Source of the DNA: Macrostomum hystrix
Lineage: Eukaryota; Animalia; Platyhelminthes
NCBI GenBank assembly: GCA_950097015.1
Contig: CATNEN010000038.1
Span: 30,194,001 to 30,258,000 of the forward strand
Length of the DNA stretch: 64,000 bases
Reading direction: 5' to 3'
The notes beneath the pieces are model-generated. The model ran no database searches. It was not told where the DNA came from and worked only from the letters and a program-made list of their open reading frames with translations. Below, one piece after another: positions 33,015 to 43,800 of this stretch (its first letter is position 1; the number at the start of each line of letters is the position of its first letter). The translations under genes were made by a program, and so were the position numbers.

Positions 33015-33626
33015 ATTCAATCTTTTGCGTGCTTTTAGTCTTACTTTTCCGCTTTACCCCTTTGTATTTGGCTTGGAGCTGTTCTCGTTGCCGCACCAAT
33101 CGCTACCTTGTTCTTTGTCTTCTTGTATCTGGGAGCACTAACCAGTTTTTAACGTTTTTTATCGTCTCATAACGATGCCGACCGACAAAATTTAAACTTT
33201 GAAAGAGTAAAACATGATCCAAATTTTGCTGTTGAGTGCATGAGTTCTGGAATGATTTGTAAATCTTGTTTTTGAAAGTAATGCAGTGACCGGGTTGGGT
33301 TTGGGTCCCCCGGTTACTGTTAAGTTTGAATACAACAATGTAATCGTTAATGCACGCCAGGCGTTGGGACGCACTAGATAGCACGTTACTCAGTCTGGCG
33401 TTAGGACGTTTAAGAAGAACCTATTGGTTCAATAAAAAAAGTTAAAAAAAATATAACAAAGCCGGCGCTGGGCAAGCTGATCTCGACAGTGCAAAAGTGT
33501 AAGGGGCCAGGACTCAGTCGGTCGTCACTTCCGCCCTTCTGCTCTCGCCGTCTTGTTTGGGCCGGCCACGACAGCCGATGCGGGATCTGGCGCGTCTTCT
33601 GCTGCTCTTCTCTGACTTGCATACCC

Positions 33627-33913
33627 TAATTGCAGGAGGGCTGTGCGCAATGACACATCATTTAGTGACACTAGACCTGCAGCCAGCGAGGATGCAATTC
33701 TGCCCATTTCGCTGACTCCTGAGCAAACACGCATACAGATACTGTACGCAGGCACACACTCTCACTGTACCTTGGAGGTTGGCCCTCAAGGGCGTAAATG
33801 GCATGACAAGCCCCCAAGCCTTCTCTCCGCGAAATTAACGAGGCCTCGCCGTGGAATCGAGCTCAGGGACCTTGGTCCCGCGTTAACCGCTTTGCCACCG
33901 ACCCGCTCTCCCT
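33627..33913 (-). mobile_element. SINE family A copy with internal deletions
   Basis: Reverse complement of the 26399 element, from taattgcaggagggctg to ccgctttgccacc. Confidence 0.85.
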
Positions 33914-34523
33914 GACAAACTTGCTCACACTTTGCTAGCCAGGTCCCCCGAGCATGTGACTGCTGGATCCTTATTTTTAATATCTTACTGTCACGCTTGT
34001 ATGAAAATAAACTTTTTAGGAATAAAGACTTGTAATCTTTGTTTGAGCAGCATGAAGTTGGAAAACAACGATTATCATACACTGGAAAATTTGTTCCTAT
34101 CCCCGTAGTGTATTTTTCAGCAGAAACCTGGAGTCTCGAAAAACGTTTTATTCGAGTGGTCCTTGCTAAGGATTCACACCTTGGATTTAAAATTTCGATC
34201 CACGAATTTGCCAGTTTAACTGATTCACTAATGCTTCTTTGCAATTATATATTTTTGCATCAAAACTTTTGCATTTGCAGTTTTTCGAGCTCATGAGCGC
34301 AAGATAAGATTAAAAATTTTGACGCTTCAGCTAGCAGTGTTAGAAAGTATGAGTATCCCAGAACTTCACTATTTACCAACTGGATGAACCTAATGAATAA
34401 CATGTTTACAAAATACTTGTGTTTTTTCTGCCCATACATGATTATATATACAAGTAATTTTTGTGGCAGGTAAATAAGCTACACTGCAAACTTTTTGCTG
34501 CAGAATCGAAATCTATTATTAAC

Positions 34524-34920
34524 ATGAATCAGTTGAGCTCACTGGCTCTGCTGCTGCTGCTGTTGCTGTTAATTGTGTTTTCCCCAGCAACCGCATCCAG
34601 CAGCCAGGAAAACAGGAACATCGCCGAGAGAAACTATCCCGATAGTCCGGTCGAGAGATGGGTGAGCTTGACTCCTGGATCCTTCATTTCGCCTGTTTTC
34701 ATTACCTGAGACGAATGGCCGGTGCATAACTACTATCGATTGCCAGGTTGCCACCCACGTTGGTGACGAGTTGCCAAATATGCGAGATGATCTCATTCGC
34801 AGAAAGGATGCCGGCGAGGGATTCTTTGAGAGGCACGCCAAGGCCTATATCTATCCGAGCAACTGGGCCGTTGATAGGGACAATGACCGAAAGGAGAATG
34901 CGAATCCTTGGCGGCCATGA
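34524..34920 (+). CDS. Small secreted protein or prepropeptide, copy 2 (103 aa; exons 34524-34661, 34747-34920)
   Basis: MNQLSSLALLLLLLLLIVFSPATA leader; same intron position; exon 2 differs from copy 1 at 5 nt. Confidence 0.8.
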
Positions 34921-35363
34921 AGGCTTTGATGATGCGATTTCAAAGTGGAATCAAAGACCCGCTACTAAGAGGGCTAAAAACATTTGGGCCGTTGATTGGG
35001 ATAGTGACCGAAAGGAGAATGCGAATCCTTACAAATGAGTTCTTTGATGGTGCTAGTATGGTGCAAAGTTAAATCAAAGACTCGCTACGAGAACTGAAAA
35101 AATTTCCTTAAAAACTCACGTTTCAATTATACAATAGTTTGCAGTGAAAGAAAAGCACTTGCGTACTGCCCTCCCAGACTTTTCTACAACCACCTTGAGC
35201 TATCAATTAATTAAAATACAGATGCGCCGCTGATCGACAAACAATTAAAATCGCCTTTCTATTTCGGTTTTTTATCACGTCAAATTGTTTGAGTTCTATT
35301 TCTTTAATTACAATTGTGCGTACAGTGGTTAAAATAAAAAGAATTCGATTCGTGGCTTAAAAA

Positions 35364-35535
35364 GCAGAAAGACAACGGATGTATTTCAAATATCCACTAC
35401 CTGCTTCATGATAGCTCTCAAACCGAATACCGAATGACCAATTTTCCTGATAGGCCATGCACCACATGCAGGATCAAAATATTTCTCCAAAAAATGAACA
35501 TCTGGATATTTGAAATATCCCCATTGTCTTTCGGC
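35364..35535. mobile_element. Putative MITE with imperfect terminal inverted repeats of about 30 bp
   Basis: gaaagacaacggatgtatttcaaatatcca (35367-35396) versus tggatatttgaaatatccccattgtctttc (35503-35532). Confidence 0.55.
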
Positions 35536-36424
35536 AGTAAGGAAATCACAATGCTATCACACAGTGGGTAGAGGGAAAGGCATATATACGAACATGCAGA
35601 CGATTACCGTAGTTTTCATAGTTTGATGCAAGATCTGCTCATGATCCTAAGTCTTGATGTGATGTGTGCATACTTGCATCTGTACGGTGTGCTTCGCATC
35701 TTGGGGTGCGAAACACATCAATACTCTAATGAAACTTTCATGTTAATACTCATGTTAATACTTACGATTTATCTATTATTCTTACCTTATTTAGCTCGTA
35801 CTTACCAGCGAGCCTCATATAATATATTCCTGATAAAATATATGAATATATTAGTTAGATCTATGGACTAAACAGTTTGTTAACAGCTTTATCGTTTTAA
35901 TAACGAGACCGAAGAAAAAAGGCTACTTTGAAAGAATGGAAAATGACTTAAGTTTTGCTGTTGAGTGAGTTGTGGATTAACAGCAAAATATAGATGTCGA
36001 CGTCCTTTTCCACTCTCTCAAAGTTGCAATTTTGTCGTTCGGTATCGTTAAGAAAACGATAAAAAGTAAAACATTGTTTAGTCCATTGATCTAATTCTTC
36101 ATATTGTCGTTTGTTGAAAATAAACTGAAACTCAACTATAAAAAAATAATATTTTAGAGCGAGACGCGGTAACAAGGGGCAAGTTAAAAATATTGCTTTT
36201 ATAAACCATGGACTTTCTCTAGCTATTTATTTATAAATTGGCTTTAGTTGTTCGGCTTACCTTCGTTCAAAAACATTGTCCAAAATGTCTATGGTAATTT
36301 AATTCAAGGCAATGACATTCATACAATGACCGGTCATTGTTTGGAATTTTTGGAATAATTTTTTAAGTTAACGCGTATAGTTTAAACTTAACAAATGACA
36401 AACAAGTTTTAGTTTTAGTAAAAA

Positions 36425-37713
36425 TTAGTTAAACTTGCGCTGATTAAACGTGCATCCATTGAAACTGAACTTAGTCACAGGGTTGTCGTGACTATTGAAG
36501 CCGGTAAAGCACAGGCCCGATTGGATGGAGATAGTGGCACCCGAGTCAGGAGCAGGGATGGCGACGGACTCGTCTTGTTCAGCAACAGCCGAAACGGAAG
36601 CAGGGATGGCGACAGCATCCTCATCGGAGCGCAACTGAAGAGCAGAAGAAACCGATGCACTATTCTTCTGTAGGGAACGGTCACGCCGCCTCGCCAGATA
36701 GCGACGGGTTGTTCTCTCTGACGTTTGGCCAGTAATGGACATGATGTCACTCAGACTGTGTCCGGCAGCTTCCAGGTCGCAGATCCGAGTTTCACTATTT
36801 AAAAAGATTGTTAAATGTTTTCAATTAGCTATACTTGAAATTTTTAGCTACTATACACAATCGACTACTGCTTTCGTACTTACCGAATGCAATGATTGGT
36901 ATAAACCTTCGACAGGCCGACTTTCTCGCTTAAGTTTCGCATAAATCGCTGCAAGTAGTTGTCACCACGATTTTGCTTCGCCGAATACGTCACGCTGCCG
37001 TTGTGGCTAGCTAGCGGCCGAGGAAAAAGATGATCGTCCTTTGTTTGTGAAGGCAGCAGATCCAGATATCTTCGCACGTTGGCGGTCTCGTAGATTCTGG
37101 CCTGTTTGTTGTCCTTGGTGGACTTGGCCTTCACAGTATCAGCAGGTTGGTTCTTCGATGGAAGCTTTGGTAGACAATAGTACTCTTTGCCATCTGCATC
37201 AGTGCGCAGCTCGAGGATGTCGCGTTTCTTCAGATATTTCAGATGCTCTTGTCCTCGCTCACCGAGACTGTACAGAATATAGAACAAGAACCTATCCTGC
37301 TCGGCTTCAGCGCTTCCGTCTCGAAAGTAATCTGCCAGCTTCGACATGTCGCCCTCTTCGATCGGCTCATACTGCTGGACGTCGCCTCCTTCTTGGTGAA
37401 ACTTTCTTACCTGCACTCGAAGCATATCGTTCGCTTGCTGGAACTCTACACCGGTGATGATGTTTACTTTCAATTTTCGAATTACACGCAGGTACCTCTG
37501 TATTCCTGCCCTGATGCAGACTAGAGAAGCAGGCGAATATGACTTTCCATCCTGCCGCTTCAATTTAAAGTAGAAGTACCTTAAGTACTGATTGAGGGTT
37601 TCGGCCGGCACTTCTGAAACGTCTCGTAGTTTCTCACTCGCGAGGAGATTAAGGAAGCATTCCCCGTGAATCCGGCAGCTTCCTGCCGGAAGCTGATTCC
37701 AATTGATTTCCAA
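36425..37713 (-). mobile_element. Crypton-type DNA transposon tyrosine recombinase (DUF3504/KCTD1-ZMYM-QRICH1-like); exons about 37713-36884 and 36794-36425, true 5' end not found
   Basis: LNQYLRYFYFKLKRQDGKSYSPASL..IRAGIQRYL, LGERGQE (catalytic R), SKN, YTNHCIR, then after an 89-nt GT-AG intron DIMSITGQTSERTTRRY (catalytic Y) and C-terminal FNGCTFN. Confidence 0.88.
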
Positions 37714-38017
37714 TTGATTTCCAATTGATTGGAAAATGAATGCCTTCCATTCTATCGCGACTCTATGAAATTGATTCTACTCGCCCGATGAACAGCGACT
37801 CTTTAAAACTCCGTCGTCTTGACCATAGACATATCATTCTCTATGATTTCGTGTGTTCTGCCGTTGTCTGGAACTGAACTAACTGATTTTTTCTAACCCT
37901 TGGGATTTCCCATAGACGTGACAGATATTAAGATGTGGGGGCTTCGCCCCCACACCCCCATTTCCGTCCCCCACCCACTTTAATTTCTAACCCCTAGCTG
38001 ACAATTTGGACAATGAT

Positions 38018-38345
38018 GTCGTCTGGAATTGAGATCTCAGTTAATGGAACTTTACCAGTTGGGTGCCGAGCAAGTTAATGGCGGTCGATTGAGGCGCGTA
38101 GTGCTTTTACCGGTTGGTAAAATACTTTAATTGATAATTAAAAGAAACAAATATAAGCATCCAAATTTTGTCAGCTTCGGGCTAATGGCGGATTGGCGCA
38201 GTTTGTGCCATAGACATGCCATTATCGCTGAGTGATCGTTTATACCATAATACGTTGCTGAAGCCTTAAAATGGCCATAGACACGAGCGTGCGTAGCGCG
38301 CGAGTGTCAATTTGGCCATTAACTGAAATCTCAATTCCAGACAAC
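38018..38345. repeat. 30-bp inverted repeat pair next to the Crypton 5' side (element end or small non-autonomous element)
   Basis: gtcgtctggaattgagatctcagttaatgg (38018-38047) versus ccattaactgaaatctcaattccagacaac (38316-38345), 28/30 complementary. Confidence 0.8.
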
Positions 38346-39211
38346 CACCCATTACATGAAGACGTGCCTTGGTGTGCGTAACGCGTCGAAACTTTCATTC
38401 ACGAAATCTTCATGTTGCTACTCAGATTTATATTATTCGATCGTGATATTATTATTTTCCTACACTGACAAAAATAAAATAAATAATCAAACAAGGAAAA
38501 TCTACGAGTATAACATAATAACTTATCCCCAAAAAGGAAAAAATCTGCTGGATTTCAAATAAGGCTTTCGTATTAAATGGAATGGAAAAATTGCGCACCA
38601 TATGTCAGCGTAATTTTAATAATAGTATGGAATGGTTATAATCAGAGATCAGAAGTGCATCCTATTTTAACTACATGTAACACTGTAGCATGTGCGCTAG
38701 TAGGTACTCGAGTACTACATTCAGTGCAAAAATGAGTCAGAAACTGGAATAAACTTAAATATATAAAAACTGTAATAAGTAGTCAAAAAGCAAAAAACTA
38801 GCTTTTTCCAAAATATAAAATTTGTGTACGACGGCAAGACTACGAGGTTTTTAGAATAACGAGTATATGTAGGTATATATTACTCTCGTATACCTCGGTA
38901 TTATGCGGAAATAAATTCGTGGCAACTTTGCTTTAAGTAAATATGAAGACGTCCAGGAGTATATTGTAGCATACAAGAAAATAAACTATTTCGAGTTTCA
39001 TATATAAGAATCGTCATGCAATTTCCGCAGGATTAGACTTGCAGTTGTTGTGGCATTACTCTACACCAAACGAAAACTAGCCCTTTCCTCGAAACAGATA
39101 ATTGCCAGCTTAGCATTATTTCTTAGCGCAAAGTGCGTCGAAATTACTGCTAGAAAAATTGCGCTACGAGCGTACTTAGCTGAATACTTGACGTGACATG
39201 GATTGTGTAAC

Positions 39212-39440
39212 GGGTAGCAGCCAAGTGGTTAGAGAGTCGGACTCTTAACTTAAGGGTCGGGGGTTCCATTTCCAAAGCCAGTGGCAGCAAAACACTAAAC
39301 TCTTTTAAGTTCACCCATCTGTTAATGGCTATCAGCATTAGCTGGGATAATTGAGGCTGGGTGTGGCGTCCCCCCAGTCCATGGATTAACAGTCGTGCCG
39401 CGCAACTTCCTGATGCGACGCGCAATAGCTGCATGCTATA
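39212..39440 (+). mobile_element. SINE family B copy with internal deletion
   Basis: gcagccaagtggttagag head, then ttcacccatctgttaatgg and cccccagtccatgga...gatgcgacgcgcaatagctgc, matching 20688-20935. Confidence 0.75.
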
Positions 39441-40847
39441 TAATGTAGTCAATTGTTGCTATAATATTTTTATAACTGAGAAATAGCATTCTAATCTGCT
39501 AGAAACTAAACTAAATAATAATTGTGTGGAGAAGCGGTCAGTTGAGTGTTTTAATGGAAGTTGAACAACTAAAAAATCATGTGTGGAATAAACAACGTAT
39601 TAAAAAGAGACATGAAAATTATTCGTAAAGAGTAACTAGCAGAGAGAAACCATTCATGAAAAGTTACATTCGCCGACTGAATAGCTTTTTGTACTTCTGT
39701 TTAGGAGCCTCCAGAGCTGCTTCCTGAAAGAGCAACGGTTTAATACGATATAAAAATGTCTAACTTTTTAGATTCGAGCACTACGTATCATTGCCGTTCA
39801 ACACGCATTCTAATCGCACAAGGTCACTAAACTAGATTCCGCTTCCCCACGCAGTCAGTCGCGGAGAGAAGGCCTGATGCGTGCAATTCGCATCATTGAG
39901 GTCCAACTTGTGTCACTGTGTGCCTGCGTTTGCCGTGTGCTGGTTGCGAGATAGCCTCTTACAATCATGAGGTGTGGAAGGTTGGCTTGCACATCTCCTA
40001 GATCGGCTTACGCAATAAACTCGCAATTCTCTTACTCCGCCCATTCCGCTGACCGGCCTTAAAGCACACAAACTCAGACAGATATATACCACACCCTTTT
40101 TGCATGGCGTTTCGTGCTTAGCGAGAATTCTCATGGGCAGGAATTTCTCGACAAGCCCTGGATCAATGTGATCCATGGATTCGAGCTCTGGGAGTTTTCG
40201 ATTTGATCTGCCACACACCCAGCAAATCTTTTATATTTTTGTTAGCACATTTTTGGGGATTTAAGCTTGTAACTCGTACCTTTCCGTGCATCAGATCGCA
40301 TAACTCAAACAACTCGCGGTCAGATAGCTCAACACCTGCTGTACTATTTGCGTGAGTACTGGTTGCGCCACCACCTATTAAAGTGGAAACTGCAGTCGAT
40401 TTCAGCCCAGCTAATGGCCTGCCTCGAGTCTGAGGTCGTGTGCCGCCTTGGAGTAGGCGTCGAATGCAAGCGCTGCGAAGACGCCGCAAAACTTGTGGCC
40501 TTTGAGCCTCTGGCAAAGCGTCAAGCTGTTGATTTGCCTTTTTCTGTGCGGCATTTTTTTCCAACAAAGCTGATTCTGACGAATCGGAGCTCCTGTCAGA
40601 ACATTGGCCATCTAGCGCTTCCCGCATTCGAACTCGCGACTGCACGAACATGGCCTGCTCGGCTTCCTCGAGAAGTGCAAGGGTCTAAAAAAATTCAAAA
40701 CGTTAAATATACTGTAGTAAAAAGACGGAATGCCATTCAACTGTCATGGCTATTCAAGTAGCTAGCCACTATAGGGCCAATAATTAATTATTTAAACTTT
40801 TTATAGTTAAAAAGGTGAGTAATTGTGACTGTAAACAAGTAAATCAC

Positions 40848-43800
40848 CTGATTCAAGGCGACATTGCCAAGACAATCTGTATCAGACAAACCTAGGCCAG
40901 AGAGGAACTTAGCAAGGCTCTGCTCGGTCATTTCACCAGGTGAAAACTGTAAACGACTTCGCACGAAACGCATTGCAGTGCAGCAGAGTTCTACAACTTG
41001 TGCAGCGTGTCCAACATCTTCACGTTGTCTTCGCTCGAAATCGGCTAAAACAGATTCAGGCAATGGCACGGGTGTTAAAGCTGCTTCAAAGGCTTCTGCT
41101 AGATCATCTACTGGGATCTCGTCCAATGTATCAGAAGCAGACAATCCGGAAACCAGATGTAGAGGGGGCATCCAGGCGTCGGCGCGTCCATAGTTAGCGC
41201 GACCAGCGAATAGGCGCCGAGACAGCAGAGCTGTTAACAAGTCCCAGTCTGCTTCAGCATCGTAGGCAGGAGGTTGGCGATGACAGGCAAAACGTGTCAA
41301 GGAGTTCAATTCATCCAAAGGACAAGCAGGAACTTCGTCTGGACGCAATAGAACATTAGCTTCAGCTAGCAAGCAAGCATCAAATCTGATGCCATCATCA
41401 TTGACCATCAGCTCAGCTGGAACACCTTCAAGAAGGCGCAGAACTACGACTTTTGTTAGAAACTTATTTGTATCAGCGACAGCTGCCTGAACCAGACGCA
41501 GAGCTGGCGATGATTCGACCAGAAGGCCGCGATGCGCGCGTTGGCCAGGTAGGTAAGGACAAACTTCGGCGCCGTCACTTTTGCTTCGGAGAAAGTGCCA
41601 CGCAGTTCTTGCTGCCTTGAGTAGTTTTTCATTTTCCTTATCAACTTTGACGACCTCTTCGACAGTATATCTGTCTAGGACATCAGGGGCCAAGCGCGTT
41701 AGCACAATATGCCATCGAATCAGATGGCTTGCTGACTGCATTACTTCACAAAGTTCAGCACTCTGCAATAGAAGTCCTGCAAGTCGTCTCCAGCACGCCG
41801 GTCCTGACTGATCAGTTCTAGACAGAGCCAAGTCACAGTCGTATAGCAATCGGGCCTCGCTGAGACCCGTAGGCGGTAACAGCCTTGATGCTTCCTCTCC
41901 AAATTCTGAGTCATCAACTGAGTCAATTAGTCGCGCATATTTAAATGCTTCGTTATCCATTGCTTTACAAAGCTTTCTTTCTTCAAGGCGACGCCTTCTA
42001 TAATCTCGAATGCAAGTGTGTTTCCGTTTGACTTGCCGAGCTACATGTTCGAAGGCCTGGTCTGACGGAAGACACAAGAATGGTGGGCCTGAACTCGCAT
42101 CTCCTGACAGGATTGAATGTGCCAGCCAAGTAGCATCCTCCACAGAGAGACTGAGACAGTCTTGCACATTTCGAAATAACTGTTCCAGATCAATAGCAGC
42201 AGTATTTTCTGGGCCAGCACGGCGAATGTCGGACAATGCGATGAAATAAAGCGAACACAGGAATCTATAAACGAATTTCAAAGTAGGCGTCAAATACACG
42301 TTCGGCAGTTCAACAGTTTCTTCGCACAGATCACTTGACAAGTGTGAGTCGCAATATTGGCATGGACACGTAGCATTAGGAGCATCGAGTTGGTCCTTCA
42401 TAAAGATGCAGACACAGCTGCATATCGAGCAGCGACGTACAAGAACAGTTCTGCTTTCGTTCTCTTGAGTTTTTATAATGTTTTCGAAGTTCGTTTCTCC
42501 AGTGACTGCCATTGTGGTTAGTGCATGAACCGCACTTTCTTGATGATGCTCTCGAGCAAGCAATTGCAAAAGACAAGCTCTATATAGCGTATTCAAACAA
42601 ACATTTTCGATTGTACATTGTGGAAATACGTGAATGCTGGCGATGTAGCTGTCGCACTCACCACAAAGAAGCAATACTTCTGCTTTTCTTGTTGAAAGGA
42701 CAGAGTTTAAAAACTGCAGAATCAGCTTAGTGAGCGTTAACTCTACACTGCGGTGATTTCGAAACGACTTAATGAGTCCGACAAGTTCTATGTACGCTCC
42801 AATGCAGTCTGCTGCCATCAGCATTTTGCGCGAGTCAGCTATTGATGCTGCCAAGTCGTTGAATTTCTCAAACAGTAAGCTCACGTTTCCGAAGTGATTT
42901 TTTTCTAAGGCTTGATTAAACGCATCAAGAGCGTCACAATAGAAATGTGCAAATTTGCAGGCAACGAACGGGTAACGCAGGCAATATTCTGCAACGAATT
43001 TTGCGTCCTGGCCGAAGCTAAGCTTGACATCTCTCTTTAGACAGTTCAAATGAAATGACATTTTGTCGAATTTAAGTAGTGATTCTGTCTCTCCAAGCGT
43101 AAAACGTGCCCTAAGCGACCGGAGAAAAGCTAGCCACACGGGATGGAGTAGATTAGATCTGGCGAGTTTATTAAGTCTAAGCAGAACTTCTTCCTTGTCG
43201 GTACCGAAACACTCAAAGTCGTCAAAAAGTAGACGTGATTTTTTTATGGATGCTCTAAAAAATATCAATGAATCTTTCATGCCAACGAGCTCTTCGATAC
43301 TCATTTCTGCAATGCAGCATACTGTAGGACTAATATTGTCCATGAATTCTAACACTTCTGCTGGTGATATCTCGTCCTGAGAATCAGGGAAAAATTCCAA
43401 TAACATGCAGTAGATGCTATTGCTGATCCGTTTAGGCGTGGATGCAAGAATGGCTTCAAAATTTTCAAGAAGCTCCGGATTAGATTTGAAGAGCTTCGTC
43501 CACAAGATGGTCACAAAACCAGCTGGCAGGCAACCGTCAGAAACCTTTTCTAATATTTCCTTTAGAAGTTGCTCATTTATGTCGACCGAGCAAAGTAGGG
43601 AATGATAGTAAGACACTTCAATCGAAATCCTTTCATTCTCCTTTTCACGAACTTCTGAACTTTGCAAAGCGCCGTCTGAAATTTTTCTCCACATTTGAAG
43701 CTGTTTAACACTGTCTCTGATTGGTTCAAATTGGTTGCTTATGCCCTCCAGGGATTTCCAGATCGCAGTATCATTGATCTGAAAATGAAGTGCACTAAAT

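Noticed and set aside
40163-40279. RNF213-like gene ending at the TGA at 40163, as in the ORF track
   Set aside because: A donor AAG|GTACGA at 40279 and a phase-compatible terminal exon at 39723-39664 look more plausible; unresolved without RNA data.
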